Numbered from the stretch's first letter, positions 10,520 through 22,300 are shown. The stretch is DNA of 55,481 bases from Methanobacteriota archaeon (GCA_018662825.1 JABJFI010000081.1:1-55481), one strand, 5' to 3'. Program-made: numbers and translations. Notes: generated by a model not told the origin, from the sequence alone.

Positions 10520-11299
10520 ATGCGCTTCGTTTCATGGAATGTCAACGGCATCCGCGCTGCAATCCGAAAAGGCATTGACGGATATTTCTCAGCCTTTGAT
10601 GCAGACATAATCATGCTTCAGGAAGTACGGGCACTACCCGAGCAATTGCCGAAAGATTGGGGTTGGCCCAATGGATACCATGTTCATCTTCATTGTGCTG
10701 AGAAAAAGGGCTATTCTGGTGTAGCCACACTTTCCCGACTAGAATTTCTAAGTGTTGAAACAGGAATGAACGGTACCCAAGATGTTGGCGATACCGAGGG
10801 GCGTATTTTGGTGACAGAACACCAAGGAATAACATGCATCAATACCTATTTGCCAAGCGGCTCCAATAAACAAGAACGTCAGGAATTCAAAGAAGCATGG
10901 ATGGATGAATGGCGCACATTTCTCAAACCATACCTTTCTTCCAAGCAGCCAGTTATCGTATGTGGTGACTTGAATATCGCCCATACCGAAGATGACATTT
11001 GGAATCCGAAAGGAAACGCAAAGTCCAGCGGATTTCTTCCACATGAACGGGAATGGTTCTCCAATCTTCTTGGTGATGGATGGGTGGATGCATTCCGAGA
11101 ACATGTTGGCGATGGTGAAAAAATCTATTCTTGGTGGTCAAATCGTGGACAAGCCAGAGCACTCAATCGTGGATGGAGAATCGACTATTTCCTCTTGAAT
11201 GCAGCAGCAGCCTCGGCAGTAGAAAACGTCACCATCGAACGTCAAGGGGGGCTTGATGTTTCAGACCATGCCCCAGTTATCTTGGATTTGAAACTCTAG
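10520..11299 (+). CDS. xth: Exodeoxyribonuclease III / AP endonuclease
   Basis: SWNVNGIRA, LQE, GYSGVA, CGDLNIAH, YSWWS.R, GWRIDY and SDHAP motifs. Confidence 0.93.
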   Translation: MRFVSWNVNGIRAAIRKGIDGYFSAFDADIIMLQEVRALPEQLPKDWGWPNGYHVHLHCAEKKGYSGVATLSRLEFLSVETGMNGTQDVGDTEGRILVTEHQGITCINTYLPSGSNKQERQEFKEAWMDEWRTFLKPYLSSKQPVIVCGDLNIAHTEDDIWNPKGNAKSSGFLPHEREWFSNLLGDGWVDAFREHVGDGEKIYSWWSNRGQARALNRGWRIDYFLLNAAAASAVENVTIERQGGLDVSDHAPVILDLKL

Positions 11300-11517
11300 C
11301 GGCCTTCTTCAATGTCGGCAAAAGCAACCAGCAAAGCATCCACATCGTCTCGTAAGGATTGCAGGTTAGTATGTGTGAATTTAATTGTAAGATGGACCTC
11401 ACCACCTTCTTCAACTGAAGTTGCCACACAATTTGGTCGTTTGGATGCAGCAAGAAATAGAGAAGCCAGTTCAAGTTCTCCGACCCATTCAATTGTCGCT
11501 TCATGTACCTCGCTCAT
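11296..11517 (-). CDS. Small protein, possibly KEOPS subunit Pcc1-like
   Basis: 73 aa. C-terminal L-x-I-x-F...L-x-x-LR-x-x-V-D-x-LL pattern resembles Pcc1. Confidence 0.45.
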   Translation of the reverse strand: MSEVHEATIEWVGELELASLFLAASKRPNCVATSVEEGGEVHLTIKFTHTNLQSLRDDVDALLVAFADIEEGR

Positions 11518-11565
11518 GTCAACTGGTAGAGGTGGGCTATTATGAGGATGACTCGTCGCAGAACC

Positions 11566-12975
11566 ATGGCGAAGGGAAGTGAAGAGTTCCCCGTTCTTGC
11601 CGGTACTGGTGGTGTCGCTCTTGGCGAGGCACGAACAAATCATGAGGGGAGGAAGGCAATTTTGTTGGTTCGTGGCAATGAAGATATTTTGGAATTTACC
11701 ACATTAGTTGCAACAATGGGAATTACGATTGTAGAAACTCTGCATCAGCCAGGCCATATCGACCCTCGCGGTTATTTTGGAAAAGGTCGATTACAAGATG
11801 TAGCAGACGACCTCAATTCGCGCACAGTACCTTCTCATCCATGGCAAAATGTGGATTTGGTTTTGTTGCATACAAACGCCTCGCCTCGACAACTGGTCGG
11901 GGTCAGCGAGGCGGTTGGAATCGAGGTTTGGGACCGAGTAAGATTGTTGCTTTCCCTATTCACATCTCACGCATCTTCTCTCGAAGCCAGAACTCAAGTT
12001 CGTATCGCACGCATGCAAAGTGACCGAACTGTTCTGCGTGAACTTGCAAACCAAGAGACAACCGGCGAAAGAGCAGGTTATGGTGGCGGCGGAAGTACTG
12101 CATTACAAGCAATTATCGACAACATGAATCGCGAACTTGTCCACTTACGAAAACGCCAGAAAAAGCATGCAGTGGCGCAATCCGAACGAAGAAAACAACG
12201 TTCACGCGGTGGCGCGATGACCGTTGGTTTAGCAGGATATACCAATGCAGGGAAGTCTAGTCTTTTTCTTTCACTTTCAGGCAAAGAAGTACTTGTCAAA
12301 GACAAATTATTCTCAACATTAGAGACGACTATTGGACGCATGGAGCATAGCCCCCGTGTACTTTTAGCCGACACCATCGGTTTCATCGACCACCTACCAA
12401 GTTCAACACTCGATGCTTTTCGGGCTACATTGGCAGAAGCATTAGAAAGCGATTTATTGTTAATATTGGCTGATGTAAGTGACAAACCGGAAGAATTAGA
12501 ACGGAAATTATTTACTTCTCGCAGTGAAGTATTCACCAGATTCTATGGCGAAGAAATCGATGAAGAGTTTCCATGGAAATCCGTTGACACCTCGGTAGTG
12601 AATCATGTTTTGACTGTCTTGACCAAATGCGACCAGGCAACTGAGGCACAGAAGGAAGAAGGAATTGCGACAGTAGCGGCACTTGGACTGCCTCAGCCCA
12701 TTCTGATTTCTTCACATACAGGAGAGGGGATGGAGAAATTGAAAGATACAATACTTTTCCATCTTTTTGGCCCTCCTGTGGATTTGTTATTGCTCCCCGT
12801 TCCAGCGGAAGGAGGTAGAGCGGTCGAAGGTCTTGTTTCTGATGTATATGATGCTGGCTTGGTTGCCGAACGCACCAATCATGATGATGGCATTGTAGAA
12901 TTACGGGTGTGGATTCATGAACATGCTTTGGCAAGGCTTCTTTCACATTCGAAACACCGCATTGAAGTGAAGTAG
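11566..12975 (+). CDS. hflX: GTPase HflX
   Basis: YFGKGRL, DRVRLLL.LF, EARTQV, G1 GYTNAGKSS, LFSTL.T, G3 DTIGFI, AFRATL and G4 TKCD motifs. Confidence 0.9.
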   Translation: MAKGSEEFPVLAGTGGVALGEARTNHEGRKAILLVRGNEDILEFTTLVATMGITIVETLHQPGHIDPRGYFGKGRLQDVADDLNSRTVPSHPWQNVDLVLLHTNASPRQLVGVSEAVGIEVWDRVRLLLSLFTSHASSLEARTQVRIARMQSDRTVLRELANQETTGERAGYGGGGSTALQAIIDNMNRELVHLRKRQKKHAVAQSERRKQRSRGGAMTVGLAGYTNAGKSSLFLSLSGKEVLVKDKLFSTLETTIGRMEHSPRVLLADTIGFIDHLPSSTLDAFRATLAEALESDLLLILADVSDKPEELERKLFTSRSEVFTRFYGEEIDEEFPWKSVDTSVVNHVLTVLTKCDQATEAQKEEGIATVAALGLPQPILISSHTGEGMEKLKDTILFHLFGPPVDLLLLPVPAEGGRAVEGLVSDVYDAGLVAERTNHDDGIVELRVWIHEHALARLLSHSKHRIEVK

Positions 12976-12995
12976 GACCGTGTTCTACGCAAAGC

Positions 12996-13913
12996 ATGGC
13001 CGAACTAGAAGAAGCAGCTTCTGAGATTGAGCCACCGATAGAATCAGTCGATTACATCGATGAATTAACGGGGTTGCCACAACCGAAAGGAACACTCATG
13101 TTTTCTTCATCAAATACCGTTCTAACAAAGCTCGACCCAAGAATGCATTCAATGGGCCAAGCAATTGCTATATCCTTACTGTTCATCTGTTTACTCGGGT
13201 TTCTCAATGGCTTAGATTATGCATCACCCGAATCAGGACTTGTTCGCCCCGATGAATTTGTCTACCGCCTTTCCCATACTGCTCCCGATGAAACCGCCAC
13301 CTTCAGAGGCGTTGTTTTTGACCATGAAAACCAACCGATTGAAAATGCCACCGTTCGGGTTTCATGGGATGATGGAACTTTATGGAATATGACTGCAACC
13401 CAAACTGGAAAAGATGGCTCATTTTCATTTGAAAGACTCGACCCGGGACTGGCCAGTGTCGATATTCTCGTTGAAAGGGGCGATTACATTGACCTATTCA
13501 CCAATCGAGTATTGTTTTCACCACCCGCATTAATCGAACCAATTGGATTTACAACTATTGATTTCACACTCCCTCCGACAGAAGAGTTTGCTGCACAACC
13601 TTGCGAAAATGGAGATGAAGAATGCAAGGTGCGCCATATTGACCTTACATCGCTACAAATGGAACACCCGCTTATGGATTCAGGAGCTTCAAGCATTTAC
13701 GTTGCAGTTGGATTTGGCTTTATGGGACTTGCACTGATTGCGACCGGCTTCACTTTGTGGGCGATGAAGACTGGTTCAATCGCTATTTTACGGACTGCTG
13801 CGGCGATTTCTTTTTTTGGAATTGGCCATTATTATACGGCATGTTGCTTTGGTATGGTTGCATTCCTCCTTACTTTTGCTGTCCCAAAAGAATACATTCC
13901 GGTGGAACAATAA
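12996..13913 (+). CDS. Membrane protein with carboxypeptidase-regulatory-like (Ig-fold) domain
   Basis: GVVFD...PIENATVRV...T..DGSFSF..L.PG pattern flanked by TM helices. Confidence 0.65.
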   Translation: MAELEEAASEIEPPIESVDYIDELTGLPQPKGTLMFSSSNTVLTKLDPRMHSMGQAIAISLLFICLLGFLNGLDYASPESGLVRPDEFVYRLSHTAPDETATFRGVVFDHENQPIENATVRVSWDDGTLWNMTATQTGKDGSFSFERLDPGLASVDILVERGDYIDLFTNRVLFSPPALIEPIGFTTIDFTLPPTEEFAAQPCENGDEECKVRHIDLTSLQMEHPLMDSGASSIYVAVGFGFMGLALIATGFTLWAMKTGSIAILRTAAAISFFGIGHYYTACCFGMVAFLLTFAVPKEYIPVEQ

Positions 13914-13984
13914 ACTCTGCCAAGCGGTCAGTTATGATGCAACCACCCCGTCCAACTTAAGGGGGCTCAGCCTAACAGGCTTGC

Positions 13985-15055
13985 ATGGACCTCTTCGCAT
14001 CGGCATGGATGACGCGGTCTTTGGGGGAGCCTGTTTCAGCACTCCATCTTGAGCAAGGAGGCGGAATTTTTGCAGGGGGTTGGAATGGACAACTCAAGCA
14101 CTGGGATGCAGAAGGTGAACTGATTTGGACGATTACTTTGCCCGACCGCATCACCATTCTCGCTCTTCATGGTGGCAATGTATTTGCTACAGCGGGACTG
14201 CATGTGGTTTGTCTAGAGGCCACTACTGGAGAGCAACGCTGGAGTCACGCCTTGGAAGGCAGTGCAGACTCGCTCTATGTTTTCGAGAACCATTTGTACG
14301 CGGTTTCCTCAGTCTACGATATTGAGCATAATGACTTTCTTGAATCAGCAGTTTGGAATTTTTCATTCGATGGCACAATGAATTGGATACAACGAATGGA
14401 TGAGCGACCATGGACGATTTTGGAACATGACTCTAAACTGTGGATAGGTTTGGGCAGGCCAAAATGTGGTTTTTCTGCAGTTGATAAAAAGGGTAATCTT
14501 TCGCATAATTCAACAGACACCGACTCACCAATTACGTGCGGCTCAACGACCAAATCTTCCATGCTTTTCGGCCATGCTAACGGAGTGGTTTCGAACGAGA
14601 AGGGAGAAACCATTTTTGGGGAACAATGTTCGATTGAAACTCTTTATGCAACCTCTGAAGGATATATTGCGGCACTTGAAGATGGAACACTTCTCTATCG
14701 AATGGTAGAAACTGAGGTTTGGGCGCAGAGCGGCAATCCCATCACTACCCAAACTGGCGGTTTTATGTTTCAAGATCAACAAACACACTGGTCTGGGCGC
14801 TGGTCAGGAACTCAAGGGGAAATAGAGGTTCGAAACCTCAAAACGGGCGAACTGTTGACCTCTTGCCAAAGCGAGCGATGTGAATCGAGCGCCTCTGATT
14901 CGACACGTATCGCACTTGGATTTGAAGACGGGCAAATTCGTGTATGGGATTGTGTAATGTTCGAACGTAGGATGCTAGATGGTCACGAGGTCGAAAAGAA
15001 GGATGAGCGCAAATCAGCGCTTCAAGACAAACTTCGAGCATTGAGAAATCGATGA
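13985..15055 (+). CDS. PQQ/WD40-like beta-propeller protein
   Basis: Repeated 'W..G...W' and 'G.EDG.IRVW' blade motifs. Confidence 0.7.
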   Translation: MDLFASAWMTRSLGEPVSALHLEQGGGIFAGGWNGQLKHWDAEGELIWTITLPDRITILALHGGNVFATAGLHVVCLEATTGEQRWSHALEGSADSLYVFENHLYAVSSVYDIEHNDFLESAVWNFSFDGTMNWIQRMDERPWTILEHDSKLWIGLGRPKCGFSAVDKKGNLSHNSTDTDSPITCGSTTKSSMLFGHANGVVSNEKGETIFGEQCSIETLYATSEGYIAALEDGTLLYRMVETEVWAQSGNPITTQTGGFMFQDQQTHWSGRWSGTQGEIEVRNLKTGELLTSCQSERCESSASDSTRIALGFEDGQIRVWDCVMFERRMLDGHEVEKKDERKSALQDKLRALRNR

Positions 15056-15068
15056 AACGTTCTTTGCA

Positions 15069-15380
15069 TCAGTAATCCCCAACAGTAATTGGGGTGTCTG
15101 CAACTTTGCTTGAATCAATATCGGCGCCAACTGTATACTGTTGTTGAGGCGGCTCACCCATCGGTTGATTCCCTTGAACAGGGGCCATCATGCCAGGAGC
15201 CATGCCTTGTTGTGGCATTTGTTCAATCATTGGTGCAGATTTCCCGCCGGCGAATAATCCGACGAGAATAAGAATTCCACCAAACCCACTCACAAGCAAA
15301 CCTTCCTGGGTGATTCCAAAAGAGGTTAGTGCAAGGGCGACACATATTCCGCCAACGATGAGAATAGACATTTTTGCCAT
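15069..15380 (-). CDS. Small two-TM membrane protein with Q/P/M-rich tail
   Basis: Two hydrophobic helices followed by a low-complexity tail; divergent from the SPFH gene. Confidence 0.6.
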   Translation of the reverse strand: MAKMSILIVGGICVALALTSFGITQEGLLVSGFGGILILVGLFAGGKSAPMIEQMPQQGMAPGMMAPVQGNQPMGEPPQQQYTVGADIDSSKVADTPITVGDY

Positions 15381-15474
15381 GATTTGAGGTTTCAATAGAG
15401 GTATTTAAGGCATTTGTACCCAAATATACGATATCTTTATGATATCACTATGATAGCAGGTGCCGAGGAGTAAC

Positions 15475-16476
15475 ATGCAACCAGCCCCAGCCCCAGCCCC
15501 AGCCCCAATACCGGTGTCTAACCCAAACCCATTCCCGACCCAGATATCGGCGCCACCTTCGGCACCAACGCCAAATCCGGAAGAAATTATGTTTCGAGAC
15601 ATCGATATTGGCACCATTAATGGTTTTATAGGAATCGCCATTCACTGGATTGCCGTCCCATTAATTTTGATCTTACTTCTCCCTCTGTATTTTTCACCCA
15701 TCACCGCCATTTTAGCGGGCCTCCTCCAATTGGCAATCGCCATACTTTGGTTCCTCCAATGGAATAGTTATCTTATCATCAATCCAAACGAGGCTCAAGC
15801 CCTGCAATTTTTCGGGAAGTATGCTGGAACTGTTCAGAAAGAAGGATTTCACTTTCTTATCAACCCACTTTATCAAAAGCAAAAGATTTCCTTCAGAATC
15901 CGTAACTTTGAATCTGCAAAACTCAAGGTCAATGATGTCAACGCCAATCCAATCGAAATCGCTGCAGTCGTTGTTTGGAAAGTCGTCGATGCTGCGGAAG
16001 CCCTGTTTGAAGTTGACAACTATCACGGTTATGTCCAAATCCAGAGTGAGGCGGCTTTGCGTGCAATGGCGACAAAATACCCTTACGATATTATCGAAGA
16101 TAAAGACATTGGCGGCGTCGCCCTTTCAAGCCATCAAGAAGTCATCGCCCAAGAGTTACAACTTTCAGTCGAGGCTCGCTTGAAGCGCGCTGGAATCGAA
16201 GTTCTTGAAGCACGAATAAGCCACCTTGCATACTCGCAAGAAATCGCCCAAGCTATGCTTCGACGTCAGCAAGCAAGTGCGGTTGTTGCCGCACGAAGTG
16301 AAATTGTCAAAGGAGCAGTTGGAATGGTTGAGTTGGCCCTTGAACAACTCAGCGTCAAGAACATTATCGAACTCGATGAGGACAAGAAAGCAACCATGGT
16401 GAGCAATCTCCTGGTGGTCCTATGTTCAGAAACCGATACAACACCGGTGATCAACACAGGAACGCTATATCAATGA
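15475..16476 (+). CDS. SPFH/band-7 domain protein
   Basis: FFGKYAGTV, KVND.NANPIEIAAVVVW, QSEAALR, EARISHLAY..EIA.AML.RQQA and MVSNLLVVLC motifs. Confidence 0.9.
   Translation: MQPAPAPAPAPIPVSNPNPFPTQISAPPSAPTPNPEEIMFRDIDIGTINGFIGIAIHWIAVPLILILLLPLYFSPITAILAGLLQLAIAILWFLQWNSYLIINPNEAQALQFFGKYAGTVQKEGFHFLINPLYQKQKISFRIRNFESAKLKVNDVNANPIEIAAVVVWKVVDAAEALFEVDNYHGYVQIQSEAALRAMATKYPYDIIEDKDIGGVALSSHQEVIAQELQLSVEARLKRAGIEVLEARISHLAYSQEIAQAMLRRQQASAVVAARSEIVKGAVGMVELALEQLSVKNIIELDEDKKATMVSNLLVVLCSETDTTPVINTGTLYQ
15481..15507 (+). repeat. (CCAGCC)n microsatellite encoding PAPAPAPAP
   Basis: ccagccccagccccagccccagcccca at the SPFH N-terminus. Confidence 0.8.
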
Positions 16477-16485
16477 TGTGAGATT

Positions 16486-16707
16486 TTGAAAGTTGAAATA
16501 TTGACTAACATAATCCTACCAATAATCATTGCAATTCTCTTATTTGCATATGTTGGTTATTGCTGGATATCTCAAAAAGTCCATGTCCGAGGCCAAGGTT
16601 GGAAATCCAAAGAAGAAGCCCCGAAAACGTTCTATTTCATGGTGGTATTTCTGACTTTAATAGCAATATTTCAACTCTTTAGTCTCTACTTTTGGAGATT
16701 GAAATAA
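16486..16707 (+). CDS. Small two-TM membrane protein
   Basis: 73 aa with a TTG start; two hydrophobic helices around the loop VHVRGQGWKSKEEAPKTF. Confidence 0.6.
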   Translation: MKVEILTNIILPIIIAILLFAYVGYCWISQKVHVRGQGWKSKEEAPKTFYFMVVFLTLIAIFQLFSLYFWRLK

Positions 16708-16725
16708 TCACTGGAGGACAAGTGT

Positions 16726-16869
16726 TTGGCAAAGAAGAAAATACTCTTGCGTCTGGACCCAGAACTGCATGAACAAATTCGGTTGTGGGCTGAACGCGAT
16801 TTCCGTTCATTAAACGCCCATATTGAATTTTTACTCAGGAAGGCACTAAACAAACAAAACGAGGACTAA
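16726..16869 (+). CDS. Arc-family ribbon-helix-helix DNA-binding protein (47 aa; missing from ORF track)
   Basis: TTG start with GGAGG SD at 16713-16717. Translates as MAKKKILLRLDPELHEQIRLWAERDFRSLNAHIEFLLRKALNKQNED, which fits the Arc pattern LRL.....WA....RS.N..I..LL. Confidence 0.85.
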   Translation: MAKKKILLRLDPELHEQIRLWAERDFRSLNAHIEFLLRKALNKQNED

Positions 16870-16871
16870 AA

Positions 16872-17153
16872 ATGAGTCCCGAACAAAAACCTTTACCCAC
16901 TAAATCAGAGCCTGGGTTTTTTTCAAAATGGTTTGGTTTTTCAGGATGGCGTGCAATGTCGGCTAAAGCACGAATTTTCACGCAAATCACCTATCGTGTT
17001 TTCTTTTTGCTTGGTTTGGGCGCTCTTATCATTGGGTATGGTTTAATTACAGATTCAGACCCAGGGGGCTTACCGTTAATTGGAATGATTGTTGGATGGT
17101 TTTTCATCTTTCAAGCCATGGTCAATTTCATCTTTGTCGAAGGGTCCCGCTAA
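16872..17153 (+). CDS. Small two-TM membrane protein
   Basis: 93 aa, starting 2 nt after the Arc gene stop. Confidence 0.65.
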   Translation: MSPEQKPLPTKSEPGFFSKWFGFSGWRAMSAKARIFTQITYRVFFLLGLGALIIGYGLITDSDPGGLPLIGMIVGWFFIFQAMVNFIFVEGSR

Positions 17154-17161
17154 CCGCAGAT

Positions 17162-18562
17162 TCATTCCGGAGAACGCGGACCAGTCATATCTTCTGGACG
17201 AACCCAAGCATCGAATTCTTCATTGGTCAAATAACCTAATTCTACAGCAGACTCTCTGAGCGTCGTGCCCTTTTCGTGCGCGTTTTTCGCGATTTTCGCG
17301 GCTTTATCATAACCGATGTGATTGTTGAGTGCTGTGACAAGCATCAATGAATTCTCAAGATGTGATGCAATGTTTTCCTTAACAGGCTCTAATCCTTCGA
17401 CGCATTTTGTTCGAAATGCTGTGCATGAATCGCTGAGTAGTTGAATCGAATGAAGGAGATTGTGAATCATCATTGGTTTGAACACGTTTAATTCGAAATT
17501 ACCCTGACTTCCACCAACGGTAATTGCAGTGTTATTGCCCATGACTTGACAACAAACCATGGTCATTGCTTCGGCTTGAGTTGGATTCACTTTACCGGGC
17601 ATAATCGAAGAACCAGGCTCATTCGCAGGCAAAGCCAACTCGCCAAATCCACACCGCGGTCCCGAGCCGAGCCAGCGAATATCATTGGCGATTTTCATTA
17701 ACGACACTGCAAGAGTGTTGAGTGCTCCAGATGCTGCGACAATGGCATCATGAGCAGCAAGTTGGGCGAATTTATTTTCTGCAGAGCAGAAGGTTAGGCC
17801 TGTAATGTTGGCAATTTCATCCGCAACCATTTGTGCAAACAATGGGTGTGTATTGAGTCCTGTTCCTACGGCAGTGCCGCCAAGAGCCAGTTCAAACAAA
17901 TCATCCAAGGCGAAATCAAGACGCCTTAAATCCGCATCCAGTTGAGCAACCCACCCAGAGACTTCTTGTCCAAGTGTAAGAGGCACAGCATCCATCAAAT
18001 GTGTTCGGCCAATTTTAACAATATCCTTCCATGCTTCAGATTTTTCTGCCAAAGCGTTTCGCAGAGCACGAACACTTGGGAGCAACGAATGTGTAATTGC
18101 TTCCGCCGCAGAAATATGCATTGCAGTTGGGAAAGTGTCATTTGAAGATTGAGCGCGATTGACGTGATCGTTTGGATGAACGGGGTCTTTTGAACCAAGA
18201 ACGCCACCTGCAAGTTCTATTGCTCGATTTGCAATCACTTCATTTGCATTCATATTTGTTTGAGTTCCACTGCCGGTTTGCCAAACTCGAAGCGGAAAAT
18301 GCTCATCTAGGCAATTGTCCAATACTTCTTGAGAGGCTGCAATAATGAGGTCGCCAACTTCAGGGTCAAGTTGCTTCAAGGCCACATTTGTTTTAGCAGC
18401 AGCTTGTTTGAGAATTCCAAAAGCACGGATGACGCCAGCAGGCATAGTATCTGCGCCAATATCGAAATTAATTAGCGAACGAGCGGTCTGACAACCATAA
18501 TATTTGTCTGCAGGAACTTCCAGTTCCCCCATGGTATCGGCTTCGATACGAACATCGGCCAT
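17162..18562 (-). CDS. fumC: Class II fumarate hydratase
   Basis: [36 protein letters not shown] and [11 protein letters not shown] signatures. Confidence 0.97.
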   Translation of the reverse strand: MADVRIEADTMGELEVPADKYYGCQTARSLINFDIGADTMPAGVIRAFGILKQAAAKTNVALKQLDPEVGDLIIAASQEVLDNCLDEHFPLRVWQTGSGTQTNMNANEVIANRAIELAGGVLGSKDPVHPNDHVNRAQSSNDTFPTAMHISAAEAITHSLLPSVRALRNALAEKSEAWKDIVKIGRTHLMDAVPLTLGQEVSGWVAQLDADLRRLDFALDDLFELALGGTAVGTGLNTHPLFAQMVADEIANITGLTFCSAENKFAQLAAHDAIVAASGALNTLAVSLMKIANDIRWLGSGPRCGFGELALPANEPGSSIMPGKVNPTQAEAMTMVCCQVMGNNTAITVGGSQGNFELNVFKPMMIHNLLHSIQLLSDSCTAFRTKCVEGLEPVKENIASHLENSLMLVTALNNHIGYDKAAKIAKNAHEKGTTLRESAVELGYLTNEEFDAWVRPEDMTGPRSPE

Positions 18563-18740
18563 GCTCAACCCTCGGGGCTGAACTTCTTCACAGTTCGCAC
18601 AGATATCCCGTTGCAAGTCAAAACGGCTTGAAATTCCAGATTATACTTCGCAGTGTGACGGTACAGGCCACCATACTAACATCTTATGCACTTGGAATGA
18701 AACCCAACCCAAAACGAGTAAAATGCAATTTACAAGTTGC

Positions 18741-18763
18741 AAAAAGGCCTACTGGGGGCCTTT
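18741..18763 (-). terminator. Putative hairpin plus U-tract terminator after the cyclophilin gene
   Basis: Minus strand reads AAAGGCCCCCAGTAGGCCTTTTT, about 20 nt after the stop at 18786. Confidence 0.45.
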
Positions 18764-18785
18764 GTAGCGGATGAAGAATTTTCAA

Positions 18786-19265
18786 TCACTGAAGAGTAAC
18801 CCGAATGATTTGTTGTGGAACTCGAGGGCGGTCGCCAGGGAGTTTATCACACATTTCGATGGATTTGACAACATCCATTCCATCGACCACTTCGCCAAAG
18901 ACTGCATGGTTCCCATTTAGGTGTGGCGTAGGTACGGTTGTGAGGAAAAATTGCGACCCACCAGTATTTGGCCCAGCATTTGCCATAGAGAAGATACCAG
19001 GCCTGTCGTGCTTGAGGGCGAGAGCAGATGGCTCACAGGGGATTTCCCAGCCCGGGCCGCCTTGTCCAGCTCGGCGCGACCTTGGATCACTGGAATGAGG
19101 GCAACCGCCTTGAATCATGAAATTTTCAATTACACGGTGAAAGTGGAGTCCATTGTAATGCCCAGCCTTGACTAATTTAACAAAATTTGCAACAGTATCT
19201 GGTGCTTTTTCGTTGTAGAGATTAATGGTAATATTTCCTGCACTGGTTTCCATAAGGGCTTGCAT
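18786..19265 (-). CDS. Cyclophilin-type peptidyl-prolyl isomerase
   Basis: FHRVIENFMIQGG, SMANAGPNTGGSQFF and HLNGNHAVFG motifs. Confidence 0.95.
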   Translation of the reverse strand: MQALMETSAGNITINLYNEKAPDTVANFVKLVKAGHYNGLHFHRVIENFMIQGGCPHSSDPRSRRAGQGGPGWEIPCEPSALALKHDRPGIFSMANAGPNTGGSQFFLTTVPTPHLNGNHAVFGEVVDGMDVVKSIEMCDKLPGDRPRVPQQIIRVTLQ

Positions 19266-19331
19266 AATACTCTCCAGCCAGCGGAGGGTCATGAGCATTC
19301 GCCTGCTTACCTTTCTATCGAATTTGAACAA

Positions 19332-22300
19332 TCAGACCTTCAACCAAGGGCGGAAGTGCTGGTCTGCATATGTTCTGGCATAATCCGCAGGGTATCCTGC
19401 CGCAATCAATTGCTGTTCGTAAGCGATTTGTTCAGGCGTGATGGTTGGGTCAGTTGTAGGTACGCCTGTTACTGAGGCATAGGCCATTTGTTGTTGACTA
19501 AACATTTTGTCCTCATCATTACTCTTTCGTCCACGAACAACCAATACAAGTGAAAGTAAGAGAATCAAAACAGCGGCTAATATTATTCCAAGAGTCGTAT
19601 TTGAAAATCCTAGAACACCCGAATCAGATTGGGCACCATCGTCTTCATTCGTACCATCGTCGCCTTCATTGGAAGTCGAGTCATCATTGCCGCCATCAGT
19701 AATATTGCCATCTATTGTTTCATTACTGTCAATGGTTGTGTTGTCGCCTGGGTTGTTTTGTTCATCTTCAGACTCACAGCCATCAGCTCCGACGACTGTT
19801 CCAGCAGGAGTGTTTGGGCATTGGTCATCGATATCATCGACCCCATCATCATCAGCATCGGTGTCTGCTGGAGGGCAACCATTGCCCCCAACCCCATTTG
19901 CCACTCCCGGCACAACAGGACATGCATCTCCATCAATTCCTTCGGGATTATCTCCATATGAATCGCCATCACTATCGAGTGCCTGACTATCATCGAAAGG
20001 CCATAAATCATTGAGATTGGAGACGCCATCACCATCAAGGTCGGCACATCCAACACGGTCGATTGTAGAATCTCCGTAGGTCGTAGGGCAATCATCGACG
20101 ACCCCATCGCCACCATCTGAGGTGTTGAAACCGTCTCGGTCGACATCATTGGCCCACAATTCCTCTTCATTTTGGATAAAGAACGGCGTTCCGATTTCTT
20201 GGTTATTCGTCTCATCTGATTCCATTAAGACATCATTGACATCAATGGTAAGTCGGCAGTTGTAGAATCCTGTGGCTTGCTCATCAACAGTTGAATAGTA
20301 TTCAGCGCCAGAGCCAAAGGTCGTGTTGTATTCACCATACACAACGACTGTTTTCGTCGCCATTCGTGCCACATCATCGCCATTCGAATCAATAAGGTCG
20401 AGATGAAGAGTAATACTGATTGAATTAGCATCACCGCGTAAACTTACCAAATCCCATGTGATTTGGACCTCTGAACCAGAGGTATGATTGGTCGGGCACA
20501 CAAGAGAAGAGATACCAACATCAGCAGGGGCCGAATCCAAATTTTCAATCGATAGATTGTAGAATCCAGCACCACCAGTAGAATCAATGATGAGAACGTA
20601 ATCCTTGCTCACCCCCTCATATTCAGTATCATAAGAAGTGAAAAGGATGCCAAAGCTGGTGTTGTCAGCATAGGCGATTAAATTACCACTAATATCTTGC
20701 AATGTTGCAGAAAACGGCACAGCAGGGTCTGCAGAAAATTCAATTTCGAAATTCTTTCCATCATTCACGGTGAATGAAAATACATCAGATTCATCGAGGC
20801 CGCTGAAGCATCCTTCTCCTACGAGGGTAGGGTTTTGCCCAACATTGATTCCATTGCCAGCCGGAGCATCTTGCCCCAAGCCCAAGTCATCTTGTTGGCC
20901 GCAGTTGAATGCATTCGGGTCCACACCTTCGGTTTCGATGATTAATGTATAGACGCCAAGACTTAGCCAAGACTCGACACTGATGTAGAATGTACCGCCA
21001 ACACCGCCGAAGTCGTCATCGTCAACTGTGGTAACTTCTTCATCAATAGAAGAGGAAAAGAACCCTCGGTCAAACCACTCGCCTTGGTCATCACGTAGGT
21101 ATAAATCAGCATCTTGGTCGGGAGAATTGACAAGTGTAACTGTGACATTGAGACCTGGGGAGACATCGATTTCAAACCAATCGACATCATCAACATCTTT
21201 GTGAATACATCCATTGAGCGTCATTGAAACATCTATTCCGAGATAGATGGAGTTGGCAGCATCTGCCCCTGCATCGCCGCCAGACAATGCATCATCTTGA
21301 ACAGGGCAAGATGTTGCTTTTGAATCAACAAGCAATTCATTGTATGAATTTTCTGTGTTATCCGTATCACTTTTCTCACTGATTTGTTCATCGGAGTCAA
21401 CCATGGCAATGATTGTGTAATTTCCACCTTGGGTATTCGATGGGATTGTAACCATGAGTTGGAAAATCCCCGTTTCATTTATGTCCAAGGACGAGATACT
21501 CATGTTACCAATTTCAACATCGTGGTCGGCAAGCCCGCTATCAACCGAAAGCCATGCGGTGAGTAGAGAGGCTGGAGCAAGTTGAGTTCCCGTATTGTTT
21601 ACTTCCACATCGTATGTTATGCTGTCTCCAGCATTTGCAGAGAGAGGTCCTGAGAGATTTTCAATAACCAAGTTTGGTGCAGGTGTCGAGTAATTCGTCC
21701 AAACATCAAGTGTCCAATTGACCCCCGTTCCCGAGCGTGAGAGGTTGACATAATAGGTGCCACCGATTCCATCAAAAGCAGTTCCAAGGGATGAAACAGC
21801 CCCCTCGTTTCCAGAGAATGAAACCGACATATCAACATCAGAAGCACCATATGTTAGATCGATAAAGGCAGTCACTGGCTGGTCAAGGGTGAGTGTGACA
21901 TCAATCGAATGGTTTGCGGGAACATCAAATGCAAAGACGTCATTTTTATCGACACCATCGATACATCCAGTGTACGAGGCTGTCACATTGGTTCCCATAG
22001 AGGTCGCATTAGTTTGGTTACTTGTAGCATCATTCCCCAAACCAGCATCATCTTGACCGTTTGGATGAAGGTCTTCACACGATTCTCCTACCAGCATTAC
22101 ACCAGTTGATGCTAAGAAATTATTCGACTCGTTTTTTTCGGTTACGTTATCGTACCCATCGACAAAGAGCAACCAGTAATAGGTACCGTTTGCTAAATTT
22201 GACGGAAGAACAACTTGTGCGGTTGTCGTACGACTTGTATTTTCATTGAGAGCAGCTTCTGGTTCAGATGCATCAATGAGGTCATCTCCGAAGTCAGATA

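Noticed and set aside
15481-15507. CCAGCC microsatellite as a phase-variation switch
   Set aside because: The 6-nt unit preserves the frame and only changes linker length.
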